From the NCBI GenBank assembly GCA_963767925.1, contig CAVYGB010000009.1, positions 224,001 to 288,000 of the forward strand: 64,000 bases of DNA, given 5' to 3'. Position numbers and translations under genes: made by a program. Of the stretch, positions 23,800 to 34,730 are shown piece after piece. The DNA comes from an uncultured delta proteobacterium (lineage in GTDB: Bacteria > Myxococcota_A > Polyangia > Fen-1088). How positions within the stretch are numbered: the stretch's first letter is position 1; every line of letters begins with the position of its first letter. Under the pieces are notes generated by a model. It worked only from the letters and a program-made list of their open reading frames with translations. It had not been told where the DNA came from and ran no database searches.

Positions 23800-24987
23800 A
23801 TGACGACCGACCTCGACAGCCGCGACGACCGCCAATATTTGATGGAGATAACCCGGCGCCCCGACGTCGTGATGGTCGAGGGGCACGGCTCCTGGCTCAC
23901 CGACGCCCGCGGCAAGCGCTACCTGGACTTCATCCAGGGCTGGGCGGTCAACTCCCTGGGTCATTCGCCGCCCGCGATCGCCGAGGCCATCGCCCGCCAG
24001 GCCACCCGCCTGCTGAGCCCCAGCCCGGCCTTCTTCAACGACCGGGCCATCGAGCTGGCCCGGCTGATCGCGGCCCACAGCTTCGGCGAGCGGGTCTTCT
24101 TCACCAACTGCGGGGCCGAGGCCAACGAGGGGGCGATCAAGCTCGCCCGCAAGTGGGGCAGCACGCGCAAGGGCGGCGCCTACCAGATCGTGACCATGGA
24201 GAACGGCTTTCACGGCCGCACCCTGGCGACCATGTCCGCCTCGGGCAAGCCGGCCTGGCGCGACCTCTACGAGCCGAAGGTCCCCGGGTTCGTGAAGGTG
24301 CCGCTCAACGACCTGGCCGCCGTCGAAGCGGCCCTCACCCCCCAGACCGTGGCGGTCATGCTCGAGCCGATCCAGGGAGAGGCGGGCGTGTACGCCGCCA
24401 GCGACGAGTTCCTGCGCGGCCTGCGGGAGCTGACGACCAGCCGCGGCCTGCTGCTGATCTTCGACGAGATCCAGACCGGCATCGGACGCACCGGCAGCCT
24501 GTTCGGCTACCAGCAGACCGGCGTCGTCCCCGACGTGATGACCCTGGGCAAGGGCCTCGGCGGCGGCGTCCCCATCGCCGCGCTGGTCGCCCGGGCGGAC
24601 GTCTGCTGCTTCGAGCCCGGCGACCAGGGCGGCACCTTCAACGGCAACCCGCTGGTCTGCGCCGCCGGCATCGCCGTGCTCACGGAGCTCCTCCGCCCCG
24701 GCTTCCTGGAGGACGTGCGCGCCTCCGGCCAGTACCTGCAAGAGCAGCTCACCGCCCTCTCGGCCCGCCACGCCCAGGGCGCCGTCCGCGGCCGCGGCCT
24801 CCTCCTCGCCCTCGCCCTGCAGGGCATCTCCGCCCCCGCCGTCGCCGAACGCGCCGCCGCCGCCGGCCTCCTGGTCAACGCCCCCCGCGAGGACTCCCTC
24901 CGCTTCGTCCCCGCCCTGAACGTCTCGCGCGGCGAGATCGACGCCTGCCTGTCGATCCTCGACGGCGTCTTTTCATCCCTGCGCTGA
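23800..24987 (+). CDS. argD: Acetylornithine aminotransferase
   Basis: [53 protein letters not shown] and GTFNGNP. Confidence 0.92.
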   Translation: MTTDLDSRDDRQYLMEITRRPDVVMVEGHGSWLTDARGKRYLDFIQGWAVNSLGHSPPAIAEAIARQATRLLSPSPAFFNDRAIELARLIAAHSFGERVFFTNCGAEANEGAIKLARKWGSTRKGGAYQIVTMENGFHGRTLATMSASGKPAWRDLYEPKVPGFVKVPLNDLAAVEAALTPQTVAVMLEPIQGEAGVYAASDEFLRGLRELTTSRGLLLIFDEIQTGIGRTGSLFGYQQTGVVPDVMTLGKGLGGGVPIAALVARADVCCFEPGDQGGTFNGNPLVCAAGIAVLTELLRPGFLEDVRASGQYLQEQLTALSARHAQGAVRGRGLLLALALQGISAPAVAERAAAAGLLVNAPREDSLRFVPALNVSRGEIDACLSILDGVFSSLR

Positions 24988-25016
24988 GCGCCGCCCGGAG
25001 GAGCGGCCGCGCCGGG

Positions 25017-25640
25017 TCAGCGGGTGCTGCGCAGCCAGGTCTTGATGCACTCGATCTGGTCGGGCGACAGCGCGGGGCCGACCGCGGGCATGCGGTTGCC
25101 GCAGATCCCGGGCGCGTTGGTGATCTTGTCGATCAGGTAGCCGCCGAGGCTGGGCTCGGTCACCACCAGGGTCTGCCTGCGGCAGGTGAGGGCGGTGTAA
25201 GAGAGCCGCGACCGCACGCCGGGCATCGTCACCTCGAAGCTGGTGAGGTTGGAGCCGCGCGTGTTGTGGCAGCTCCCGCAGCGGGGCAAGAGGATGTTGT
25301 TGGGGACGTAGTCCACCGTGTTGCAGGGCGCCCCCAGGGGATTGAACGCTCCGAGACCGGCGTCGACGCGCCCGCCATCGCGGCGGCCAGGCGCATCCCG
25401 GCGCACCGGCGCATCGACGGCGCGTCCCGCGTCCCGCCGCCCCCCATCGAGCCGGCCCCCGGCGTCGAGCCGCCCCGCCACCGCCCCGCCCCCCGAGCCC
25501 GAAGCCCCCGCCACCGCGCCCGGCATCCCTGGAGCTCCCGCAGCGCCGCCAGGCGCCTCGTTCTCCGGAAACCCGAAACAACCACCCAGGATCGTCATCG
25601 CGGCCCATACGCAGGCAAAACCGGCAGCTCGGCGTTTCAC
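25017..25640 (-). CDS. Lipoprotein with a c-type heme-binding motif
   Basis: LGGC lipobox, Gly-rich and D(A/G)G linker, CGSCH, later RMP and I..I..W. Confidence 0.65.
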   Translation of the reverse strand: MKRRAAGFACVWAAMTILGGCFGFPENEAPGGAAGAPGMPGAVAGASGSGGGAVAGRLDAGGRLDGGRRDAGRAVDAPVRRDAPGRRDGGRVDAGLGAFNPLGAPCNTVDYVPNNILLPRCGSCHNTRGSNLTSFEVTMPGVRSRLSYTALTCRRQTLVVTEPSLGGYLIDKITNAPGICGNRMPAVGPALSPDQIECIKTWLRSTR

Positions 25641-25950
25641 GAGGCCCTCCTGCGCTCCATGTCCTTCGTTCCTGACTGTGTATGTGTCCGGAGCACGTGG
25701 CGACGTTCAACCTTCGCGAGCCGGTCGCATTTCCCCCGCCGCCATGCCAAAACCGCGCAAGAAACGCGCGAAATCGGCGCGAGATCGCGGAATGCCCCTG
25801 AGCGCGGTGCGCCCCACTGTCGCGACATCGGAACGGCCGCTTCGCGCACCGAAGGGGAAAACAGAGGGAACCAATCGCGGGAATGGCCCGAGCGCGGAGG
25901 GTCCATTGTTGCGCGTCGAAACCGCCCTCCGCAGCGAAGGAGAAAGAGCC

Positions 25951-26574
25951 ATGAACCCAATCGGTGACCTCCCGGCGCCCCGGGCCCAGCTCGGAACCCC
26001 GCACGCCGGCCACGCATCGACACCAGCCCGCAGCGGCTGGCGCGCGCTACAAGGCTGGCCCACCCTGGCCGGGATCGCCTTCGGCGCCTTCGTCGCCTAC
26101 GGCCTGTCCCGGGGCAGCGAGCTGGCGCCGGTCCTCGCCGCCTCCGGCCTCGTGTACCTCGCCGCCGCCGCGCTGAGGAAGCCGTCCGCGGCCTGGCCGG
26201 TGTTCTTCGTCTCGGTCGCCATCATCACCGCCGCCAGGTTCGGTTTGACCGGCATCGACGCCACCTGGCTCCTGCTCGCGCTGGCCGGCGTGACCACCGC
26301 CTACGGCCTGATCCGCGGCGCCACCCGGCCAGCGGGAGGCCTGCCCCTCCAGGCGCTGGCCATGGTCGCGTTCGGCGGCGCCGCCGCCCTCGCCCTGATC
26401 ACGAAGGGGCCGGCCGGCGCCTACCTCGTCGCCGCCGGCCTGCTGGCCCACGCCGCCTGGGACGTCCACCACCACCGCATCAACAAGGTGGTCATCCGCT
26501 CGATGGCCGAGTTCTGCGTCGCCCTCGACCTCCTCCTCGCCGCCGCCATCGTCATCGTGACCGCCCGCTCCTGA
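25951..26574 (+). CDS. Integral membrane protein
   Basis: RBS; multiple TM helices; GLLAHAAWD.HHH...VV.RS.AEFC..LD motif. Confidence 0.7.
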   Translation: MNPIGDLPAPRAQLGTPHAGHASTPARSGWRALQGWPTLAGIAFGAFVAYGLSRGSELAPVLAASGLVYLAAAALRKPSAAWPVFFVSVAIITAARFGLTGIDATWLLLALAGVTTAYGLIRGATRPAGGLPLQALAMVAFGGAAALALITKGPAGAYLVAAGLLAHAAWDVHHHRINKVVIRSMAEFCVALDLLLAAAIVIVTARS

Positions 26575-27104
26575 TGGCGCCAGCGGCGCGGGTGAACCAT
26601 CGTCGCGAGGCGCGCATCCGGGCGCCGGGTCCGGCGGTGGCCCTCGCGCTCTCCCTGTCCTTCGCCGCGGCCGTGGCGATCGCCTTCCGGGTGGCCTGGA
26701 ACCCGCCGGCTGGTTTCTACGCCTACAACGTCCCCATCGCCGTCCCCTTCGCCGCGTTCTTCCTGGACCGCTGGTCATCGCTTCTCCGCGGTGGCGCTCA
26801 TGAGGTCGCGTCAGCGCGAGGGCAGCGGCAGGCGTTGGCGATCGACGCCGCCATCCTCATCCTGGCCCTGCTCCGGGTGGCAGCCCCCCCGCTCCCATTC
26901 GCCTCCGGCCACACCCTGTTCGCCGCCTACGCCGCCGCCACCTCCCAGAGCTGGGTCCTGCGCGCGACCGCCGCCCTCGTCCTCGCCCACGTCGTCTACC
27001 TGAAGGTTTTCGTCACCGGCGGCTTCTGGTCCATGGCCGCCGGCCTGGCCATCGCCGCAGCCGCCACCCTGCTTCGCCGCCACCTCACCCGCCCCACTTC
27101 GTAG
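26574..27104 (+). CDS. Integral membrane protein
   Basis: TGATG overlap; TM helices; SGH.LF motif. Confidence 0.6.
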   Translation: MAPAARVNHRREARIRAPGPAVALALSLSFAAAVAIAFRVAWNPPAGFYAYNVPIAVPFAAFFLDRWSSLLRGGAHEVASARGQRQALAIDAAILILALLRVAAPPLPFASGHTLFAAYAAATSQSWVLRATAALVLAHVVYLKVFVTGGFWSMAAGLAIAAAATLLRRHLTRPTS

Positions 27105-27113
27105 CCGCGAAGC

Positions 27114-27704
27114 TCAGCCCGCAAAAGCGGGTAGGGCAGCGTCCTGCCATTCGTCGAAGTCGCCCGCTGGGAAGATGTGCCCGGCCACGTGCGCGAGGAA
27201 GTGGTCGCGTTCCAGGTCGACGTTGTCGTAGGTGGCATCGGCGCGCGAGAAGAGGCCGCGCAGCCAGTGGCGGTACGAACACCGATAAACGACCACGCCG
27301 CCCTCGCTGACCGTGAACTCGGAGGCTCGCCCCCCCTCGAGCCGCCGAAACGAACAGCTCAGGTCCTTCCGGTCCAGCCGCCAGGCCCGTGAAGCCGCCT
27401 GGAAGACCAGCCCCGCATCCCAGCGATAGAGACAGAAAAACACCTTGCCGTGCTCGCGCGTGCGCTCCGTCGCCCCGAACCCACTGAGGGGCAAGCTAAC
27501 CCCGAGCCGCACCACCCTGCGCGTGTAGCGCCCCGTCTCGCGATCGAACGCGTAGGCCAGCCGCGACGTCTTCCAGGATCCCAGCAACATGCCCGCCCCG
27601 ATGATACCGTCATTCACAGAACCTCGGGAGGCACCCCCCAGCGGTCGGCGCCGGCCGATGTCCTGGCAGACGAACGGCGTCTTCAATCTGGGTGTAGATC
27701 TCAT
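27114..27704 (-). CDS. Hypothetical protein (true start may be near 27590)
   Basis: Open frame with a plausible globular sequence and no recognised motif. Confidence 0.4.
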   Translation of the reverse strand: MRSTPRLKTPFVCQDIGRRRPLGGASRGSVNDGIIGAGMLLGSWKTSRLAYAFDRETGRYTRRVVRLGVSLPLSGFGATERTREHGKVFFCLYRWDAGLVFQAASRAWRLDRKDLSCSFRRLEGGRASEFTVSEGGVVVYRCSYRHWLRGLFSRADATYDNVDLERDHFLAHVAGHIFPAGDFDEWQDAALPAFAG

Positions 27705-27892
27705 ATTTACATGAAATCATTCAGTAATTTGGCGCACGACGTCTCACCCGGTGACAAAATGCCCGCCCGAGCGTGGGCGTAATTGATGGGGCAGAGCCTG
27801 CCGGAGTACTTCGAGGTTGCTCAACAACAAAGCCCTCGGAGGATGCCCCAATGGCAGGTTCTCAAATCTCGGCCTCGGTCGCAAAGTCCTAA

Positions 27893-28210
27893 TCAGCCCT
27901 GGAAGCCCTGCTGGAGTTCGTCGAGGAGCGGCGGCACGCCCGCGGTCCGGTGATGGACCTGGAGGAGTTCGAGCGCCAGGCGCGGCGGCGCTTCATGGCC
28001 GCCGAGGCCGAGTTCGTTGGCGAGGAACTGGCCCGCTTCGACGTCAACGTTCCGGTGGTCCAGATCGACGGCGTTGCGCACCGGCAGGTTCTGCGCTGCA
28101 CGCAGGCGTACATGACGGCCGCGGGGCCGGTGACCGTCGAGCGCTCGCTGTACTCGACCCGGCAAGACGGCGAACGGGCTGTCGCCGCGATGGAGCTGCG
28201 AGGCGGCGTG
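27893..28210 (+). mobile_element. Transposase N-terminal remnant (ISKra4-like)
   Basis: EEFE...RFDV..P.V.IDG..HR.VLR....Y.T.AG.V.VERSLY, then truncated. Confidence 0.55.
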
Positions 28211-28294
28211 AGGCGACAGGGGCCAGGCCCCCCGCGCCGCACGCGCCAGGCGGCATGAGACCGCGACGAGAGGCTGTCCACGCGTCTCCGGCGT

Positions 28295-28480
28295 CGCGGA
28301 AGCTTCGACCACCGGGGGGCCGGCGTCTATTCCAGGCGCAAGGTGATCGTCGAGCCCGTCTTCGGGCAGATCACGAAAGGCCCGAGGCTTCAGGCGCTTT
28401 CTTCTACGCGGTCTGACCAAGGCCCGCGGTGAGTCGGTCGCTGATCGCTCTCACCCACAACCTGCTCAAACTCGCTCGAC
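28295..28480 (+). mobile_element. IS1182-family transposase C-terminal remnant, frameshifted
   Basis: RKVIVEPVFGQI, GFRRFLLRGLTKARGE and SLIALTHNLLKL read across frames. Confidence 0.75.
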
Positions 28481-28599
28481 TGACTCCAGCCCGCCGAGGT
28501 TTGGGCCTGCGTCTCGGCGGCCGACCAGCCCGCTCCGAGAAGCTTCGTCCTTCGGGTTGGGCAAGCCGCGACCGCCCCTTCGCGAGTCGTGGGTCGGGG

Positions 28600-30126
28600 T
28601 CAGGCGAGGAAGAGCTTGTAGGCGCGGTTCTGGCTCTCGTCCCAGTGGCGGTAGCCGAGGGTGGCGAGGAAGCGGCGGAGGGCGGCCTTGTCGCGCGGGG
28701 GCACCTGCAGGCCGACCAGCACCTGGCCGTGGTCGGAGCCCTGGTTGCGGTAGTGGAAGAGGGAGATGTTCCAGTTGGGCGACATGCTGGCGAGAAAGCG
28801 CATCAGCGCCCCGGGGCGCTCGGGAAACTCGAAGCGGTAGAGGTGCTCGTGCGCGGCCAGGGTGGCGCGGCCGCCGACCATGTGGCGCAGGTGCTGCTTG
28901 GCCAGCTCGTCGTCGGTGAGATCCAGGGTGGAGAACCCCGCCTTCTCGAACGAGCGCGCCAGCACCGCGGCGTCTCCGGGGCGGGCGAGCTGGACGCCCA
29001 CGAACACGTGCGCCGCCGTGTTGTCCGCGATGCGGTAGTTGAACTCGGTGACGTTGCGCCGGCCCACCAGGGTGCAGAGCTGGCGGAAGCTGCCCCGCTC
29101 CTCGGGGATGGTCACCGCGAAGACCGCCTCGCGCTTCTCGCCCACCTCGGCGCGCTCGGCCACGAAGCGCAGGCGATCGAAGTTCATGTTCGCCCCGCAG
29201 GTGATGGCGGCGACCGTGCGCCCGGCCAGGGGCGTGCGCTCGGCGTAGGCCTTGGCGCCCGCCACGCCCAGCGCGCCCGCGGGCTCCAGGATCGAACGGG
29301 TCTCCTGGAACACGTCCTTGATCGCCGCGCACAGGGCATCGGTGTCCACCTTCACCACCTCATCGACGTAGCGCCGGCACAGCCGGAAGGTCTCCTTGCC
29401 CACCAGGCGAACCGCGGTCGTGTCGGAGAACAACCCCACCTGGGCCAGCTCCAGGCGCCGGCCCGCCGCCAGCGAGCGGGCCATGGCGTCCGAGTCCACC
29501 GTCTGCACCCCGATGATCTTGACCTCCGGCCGCAACGCCTTGACGTAAGCCCCCACCCCCGAGATCAGCCCGCCGCCGCCGATGGCCACGAAGATCGCGT
29601 GCAGCGGCCCATGCTCCTCGGGATGGTGCTGGCGCAGGATCTCCATCCCCACCGTCCCTTGCCCGGCGATGACGTCGGGATCGTCGAAGGGATGCACGAA
29701 GGTCAGGCGCTGCTTGCGCTGCAGGGTCAGCGCCCGCGCGTGGGCATCGGAGTACGAATCGCCGTGCAGCTCCACCACCGCGCCCAGCGCCCGGACCGCG
29801 TTGATCTTCACCTCGGGCGTGGTCAGCGGCATGACGATGACCGCCCGGCACCCCAGCTTCTGCGCCGCCAGCGCCACCCCCTGCGCGTGGTTCCCCGCAC
29901 TGGCCGCGATCACCCCCCGCCCCCGCGCCGCCGGGCTGAGGTTGATCATCTTGTTGTAAGCCCCCCGCAGCTTGAAGCTGAACACCGGCTGCAGATCCTC
30001 CCGCTTGAGCAGGAGCCTCCCCCCGATCCGCGCCGAGAGCTGCGGCGCCAGCTCGAGCGGCGACTCGATGGCAACATCGTAGACGCGGGCATTCAGGATG
30101 CGACGGAGATAATCGAGAGCAGGCAT
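28600..30126 (-). CDS. ilvA: Threonine ammonia-lyase, biosynthetic
   Basis: KREDLQPVFSFKLRGAYNK, SAGNHAQG, HPFDD and GANMNF; C-terminal regulatory domains (FPERPGAL, SLFHYRN). Confidence 0.95.
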   Translation of the reverse strand: MPALDYLRRILNARVYDVAIESPLELAPQLSARIGGRLLLKREDLQPVFSFKLRGAYNKMINLSPAARGRGVIAASAGNHAQGVALAAQKLGCRAVIVMPLTTPEVKINAVRALGAVVELHGDSYSDAHARALTLQRKQRLTFVHPFDDPDVIAGQGTVGMEILRQHHPEEHGPLHAIFVAIGGGGLISGVGAYVKALRPEVKIIGVQTVDSDAMARSLAAGRRLELAQVGLFSDTTAVRLVGKETFRLCRRYVDEVVKVDTDALCAAIKDVFQETRSILEPAGALGVAGAKAYAERTPLAGRTVAAITCGANMNFDRLRFVAERAEVGEKREAVFAVTIPEERGSFRQLCTLVGRRNVTEFNYRIADNTAAHVFVGVQLARPGDAAVLARSFEKAGFSTLDLTDDELAKQHLRHMVGGRATLAAHEHLYRFEFPERPGALMRFLASMSPNWNISLFHYRNQGSDHGQVLVGLQVPPRDKAALRRFLATLGYRHWDESQNRAYKLFLA

Positions 30127-30230
30127 GAGGCGAGCCGAAGCAAACGGCGCCCCCACGCTACCACGCCGCGCCGCCCACCCCCCACCTCCGTCGCCGAGGC
30201 GGCCGCCCCGAGCCCCGCCCCGCTCAGGCG

Positions 30231-30425
30231 TCACGACACCTTCCGCCTCCGCTCTCTCTGAATTCTCTCGGCGAGGAAGATCTTCAGGAGCGACTGATAG
30301 GGAACGTCGCGTTTGTTTGCCAGGGCCTTCAGCTCATCCAGCATCGAAACCCGGCAGGCGAAGAGATATGGACTCCGTCGTCGGTCTGAGGTTCGGCAAG
30401 GTCGGCTGCACAGCCCGATCCCAGG
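30231..30425 (-). pseudogene. CopG/BrnA-type antitoxin remnant
   Basis: PNLRPTTESISLRLP, a frameshift, then MLDELKALANKRDVPYQSLLK; N-terminus missing. Confidence 0.7.
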
Positions 30426-30442
30426 AAGGTCTCCCGGCGAGG

Positions 30443-30706
30443 CTACTCGCGGGGCCGTACCGGTATGCACAGCTCACAACGGACCAGGCCATTCATCGGG
30501 AAGTCCGAGCGTCCTCCTCGGCCCCTGTCGAACGGAATGCGGTCATCGAGCTGAAAGCCACTTCGAGGCAGCCAGTCCTCGAAGAACCTCTGCCACGCGA
30601 CAGGAACCTCGTCCGGCGTACCCACGAAGTCGGTAACAGCATACGTCCCGCCGGGCATGTCTGTGATGCCCATATCCGGATCCACGTCGAGATCGTGAGG
30701 TATCAC
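30443..30706 (-). pseudogene. GyrI-like (AraC effector-binding) domain C-terminal fragment
   Basis: PGG.YAV..F.G, AW..FF.DWLP.SG...DDR and CELCIPV motifs. Confidence 0.65.
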
Positions 30707-30740
30707 GATGGCCGCGTCGTAGCGACACAGCGCTGGCTCC

Positions 30741-31200
30741 CTGCCGGAGTCGAACGCGATCCTGTGCTATCTGGCCGAGGGGACGCCGTTCTTCTCGGGC
30801 GACCCCTTCGAGCGCGCGCTGGTCTTGCAGTGGCTCTTCTTCGAGCAGAACCGCATCGAGCCGGTCATCGGGACCGCCCGCTACTGGCTGCTCACGGGCC
30901 GGGCGGCCTCGCGGCGCGAGGCGCTCGCGATAAAACAGGCGCAGGCGGCCGACGCGCTGGCCGTCATGGAGCGGCACCTGCGCGACCGCAGCTTCCTGGT
31001 GAGCCAGCGCTACACCATCGCCGACCTCGCCCTCTATGCGTACACCCACCTGGCGCCCGAAGCCGGCGTCGACCTGGACCCGTACCCCGCCGCGCGCGCC
31101 TGGATGGATTGCGTGCGCGCCCAGCCCGGTCAGGTCGCCGACGTCGCCCCGTATCCGCCCCACGCTCGCTTCACCGGTAGCGGGCGAGAACGCCGCCCGC
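30741..31200 (+). pseudogene. Glutathione S-transferase, N-terminally truncated
   Basis: LPESNAILCYLAEGT, QWLFFEQ and YTIADLALYAYTH; in-frame stop at 30720 and no thioredoxin-like N-domain. Confidence 0.75.
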
Positions 31201-31220
31201 TTCGCGCCCGGCCCCGCCGC

Positions 31221-32443
31221 TCACGGGAGGTCGTGAATCCCGTAGATGTAGTTGGGGACGGTGGCCAGGGGCTTCCAGGCCGACGGGTTGGTCGCATCGT
31301 AGACGGTGGTCTCGGAGAAGTCCGTGGCCACCGTGGTGACGAACGGAATCGAAGCGCCGCCCACCTTCAAGGGGCCGGCGCCGAATAGGGGAGGCCCGGA
31401 CCCACCCCCGGGACGTCGGCGAGAGCCGGCGCCTCGCCCCCCAGCTTCAAGCTGTGGTGCTCCCACCCCGCGGCCCGGTAGGCGGAGTCGACATTCTGGG
31501 CGGTGAGCGGAGCCGCCGACCGGTACACAAGGGTGTACGCGGTGCCGTCCGCCCCGGCCATCAGGGCTCCGACCGGGCGCCCGGCGAGCTCGTACAGGTC
31601 GACGTAGTAGTCGGGATCGAAGCCGTTCGCGCCGGACCGGATGCGCACCATGCAGGGATGGAACTTGGGGTCCCCGCCCAGCCCCGCCTCGTACATGATG
31701 GCGGCCCAGGTGTGGGAGGCGAGGTAGATGTTTCCCGCCGCGTCCCGCGCGGTCCACGACAGATACCCGCAGCGGGACTGCTTGTCGTAGACCACCGTGT
31801 CGTTCGTCGTGTCGATGATGGCGACCTTGGACAGCGGGCTCGGGCTGTCGTCGCTCCGGTCGAAGGCGAACGCCACCACGATGCGGCTGCCGTCGATGTT
31901 CTTGTACCAGGCGTAGGTCGCCTTCATCCCGGGCTCCGCGATCTCGGTCAGGGGAAAGCTCCGGACGATCTCCATCTTCTCGGGATCGATGACGATGACC
32001 TGCAGCGTGCCGACATCGACGAAATAGGCCCGGTCCTTCGCGGTGAACGACAGGCCGCTGATCAGCGAGGCGGCGCTCTTGGCCCCCAGGCCCTGCAGGC
32101 TCAGCTGTCCGCCCACCGTGATCTTGCCGTCGTCGGCGATGTCGTACCGTCGGATCGTGGGCTCCTCGCCCAGGCCGACGAAGAACGAGCGCATGCCCAT
32201 CGCCAGCGGCGGCACCGAGACGTCGGCCCTGCCCATCAGCTCGATGGCCGTCGCGGGATCGAGCACCAGGTCCGCCGTCAGCTCGTCCACGACGTACAGA
32301 TGGGTGGACGCTCCGTCGGGCGTGAACGAGGACGTGTGAATGAGGACGCCCGAGCCGCCCCTCCTTCCAGGATCGACGTCGTCGCCACTGCAGGCGGTCG
32401 CGGCGGTGGTGCAAGCCAGGAGGGCGAGGACAGCGCGGTTCAT
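31221..32443 (-). CDS. MxcI/DUF4374-like beta-propeller lipoprotein with one frameshift near 31380
   Basis: TAC lipobox; SRCG, G.IY.AS, C..RI..G...FDPDY..DL; plausible C-terminus (SET.VYD...IYGI) lies in another frame. Confidence 0.6.
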
Positions 32444-32592
32444 CGAGAGCCTTTCGGTGGCGCCAGGACCAGGCCCTGCGACCCACGTCGTGGTGGAGGT
32501 GCCGAGCCCGCTTCCTGCTCCGCGGCGGAGGCCCCGGGAACCGCACCGGCCGGAGGCCGGGAAGCGCCGGGGCTCAGGCCCCGCGCGCGTGA

Positions 32593-32613
32593 TGGAAATG
32601 AAAGTCAAAACCA
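32593..32613. promoter_or_regulatory. Possible Fur-type box
   Basis: AT-rich imperfect palindrome TGGAAATGAAAGTCAAAACCA upstream of the MxcI-like gene. Confidence 0.4.
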
Positions 32614-32747
32614 ACTTCGGAATCCGCGCTTTTACCCCGTGGCTCTTCGCGCTGTCAATTCGCCCGCCACCCGCTTTCGCAGGCCAGCGCGACCCCGATC
32701 CCCAGGAAGCTGGACAGGACCCGGGCGCTGCCCGCAAGCTCCCACTC

Positions 32748-33176
32748 ATGAAGAATTCATCCCGCAAGGGTCCGTTCATCGCCTACCTCGTCCTGGCCCC
32801 GCTGGTGGCGCTGATGATGTTCTTCTCCGCCAGCACCAAGCTCACCCTCAACCCCGGCGCCGTGAGCATCATCCAGGACGTCGTCGGCGTCCCCGTGCGC
32901 TTCTTCCCGCTGCTCGCCGCCGCCGAGATCGCCGGTGGCCTCGGCCTGCTGGCGGGGCTCTTCTGGCCCCGCATCGGCGTGCTGGCCGGCGCCGGGCTGG
33001 TCCTCTACTTCGTCGGCGCCCTCCTCGGCCACGCCCGCGTCTCGGACTGGGCCGGCCTCAAGGCCCCCATCCTGCCGCTCGTCCTCTCCGTCACGGTCCT
33101 CCTGCTCCGCCGCGCCACCACCCGCCGCCTCGGCGCCGCCAGCGACCGCCACGCCGGCACCGCCGTCCCCGGCTAG
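32748..33176 (+). CDS. DoxX-family membrane protein
   Basis: SA..KL, EIAG.LGLL.GL and LYFVGA...H.R..D motifs. Confidence 0.8.
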   Translation: MKNSSRKGPFIAYLVLAPLVALMMFFSASTKLTLNPGAVSIIQDVVGVPVRFFPLLAAAEIAGGLGLLAGLFWPRIGVLAGAGLVLYFVGALLGHARVSDWAGLKAPILPLVLSVTVLLLRRATTRRLGAASDRHAGTAVPG

Positions 33177-33306
33177 TTGGGCCCGAGCGAAGCGAGGGAA
33201 CCCGACTACTTCGAAAACAGTCCCTAGAGCACGGCTCGGGCAGCCCGGGTCGGCGTCGGGGAACGGCGTCCCCGCCGCGGCGCCGATCCGGCCCGCCGGG
33301 GAGGCT

Positions 33307-34587
33307 TCAGACTTCGACCGCGCCCTTGAGGACGGCTTTGATGTCCGGGATGCCGACGCCGGGGCCGGGGGGCAGGCGCATCTTGCCGTCCTTGACCTGG
33401 ATGGGGGAGGCGAACCAGGCGTTGTATTTCTCGGTGCCCACCTTGTACTCCTGGTAGCGGCCGACGTCGGGGACCACCTGGGCGAAGTGCAACATGTAGA
33501 TGAAGCCGAAGCCGCTCGACAGGTGGGTTGTCGTCGACATCCCGGCGAGCTGGGCCATGCGCGCGACCCGCATCGAGCGGACCATGCCGCCGTAGTAGTA
33601 GAGGTCGGGCTGCACGATGTCGACCCCCCGGTTGAGGATCATCCAGCGAAAGCGCCAGTGGCTGTACTCCTGCTCGCCGCCGGCCACCGGGAGCTTGAGG
33701 CGATCGGCGACGACCTTTGTCTCCTCGAGGTGGTCGAACTCGCAGGGCTCCTCGAAGTACACCGCGCCGACGTCCTCGAGCAGGCGGCCGATCCGGACGC
33801 CCTGCTCGGCGTCGTACGAGCTGTTGGCGTCGGCGTGCAGGTCGATGCCGTCGCCCAGCGTCTTGCGGGCCAGGGCGATCAGCTTCTCGCTGCGCCCGGG
33901 CGAGGCGTCGACGTTGCGGTTCATGCGCCCGCCCACCCGGAACTTCACCGCCCGGGCCCCCGAGCGCTGCAGGAGACCCTGCAGGCCCTCCACCTCTTGC
34001 TCCGGCGTGGTGTCGCGCTTTCCGCTGGCGACGTAAAAGGGGACGTCCTCGCGCACGCGATCACCGAGCAGCGCCCACAGCGGCTTTCCGGCGACCCGGC
34101 CCAGCAGGTCGAGCAGGGCGAACTCGATCCAGGCCTGCGGGCACCACAGGGCCAGGCCGTAGAGCTTGTAGTTGCTCTTCCAGCGGTAGAGCTCCCACAG
34201 CAGGTTCTCCAGATCGCGCGCGTCTTTGCCCAGGAAGACCGGCGCCACCAGCTCCTTGAACACGCGATCGAAGTGGTCGGCCCGCGGTGGGTTGATGACC
34301 GAGATCCCCTCGGCGCCGTCCTTGGACCGGACGTGCACGAAGAACTCGCCCTCCTTCTTCAGCAGCCGGATGGAGTCGACGATCACGGGCGACTTCAGCC
34401 CGTCGAGCCGGAGGACCGGCCGGGCGGCCTCGCGATCCAGCGCGGCGGCGGAGGGCTTGCCCGGGCGTGCGGTCCGGCCCGGGGTCTGGGCGGCGGCGGC
34501 GGCGGCGCGGTCGAGGGCCAGGGCCCCCAGCCCGCCGGTGGTGCCAGCCAGGAAACCACGGCGGTGAAAACGGCGGGAAATCGGCAT
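33307..34587 (-). CDS. Mandelate racemase/muconate lactonizing (enolase superfamily) enzyme with Tat signal
   Basis: RRGFL Tat motif; AVKFR, DAN, FEEP, GGEQ and IVQPD motifs. Confidence 0.85.
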   Translation of the reverse strand: MPISRRFHRRGFLAGTTGGLGALALDRAAAAAAQTPGRTARPGKPSAAALDREAARPVLRLDGLKSPVIVDSIRLLKKEGEFFVHVRSKDGAEGISVINPPRADHFDRVFKELVAPVFLGKDARDLENLLWELYRWKSNYKLYGLALWCPQAWIEFALLDLLGRVAGKPLWALLGDRVREDVPFYVASGKRDTTPEQEVEGLQGLLQRSGARAVKFRVGGRMNRNVDASPGRSEKLIALARKTLGDGIDLHADANSSYDAEQGVRIGRLLEDVGAVYFEEPCEFDHLEETKVVADRLKLPVAGGEQEYSHWRFRWMILNRGVDIVQPDLYYYGGMVRSMRVARMAQLAGMSTTTHLSSGFGFIYMLHFAQVVPDVGRYQEYKVGTEKYNAWFASPIQVKDGKMRLPPGPGVGIPDIKAVLKGAVEV

Positions 34588-34730
34588 GGGCCCCCTTCCG
34601 GTTGTAAAGGGGACGTTTCTACCAGCTTTTCGCCGCCGGGGGCGATCGCCTGCGTGTCGATGGGCGGGGCCAGGATGCGCCGCGGGAGCGCGGGCCCGAA
34701 GCGCGTTCTTCCCGCCTCGCGCCAGCGCGT

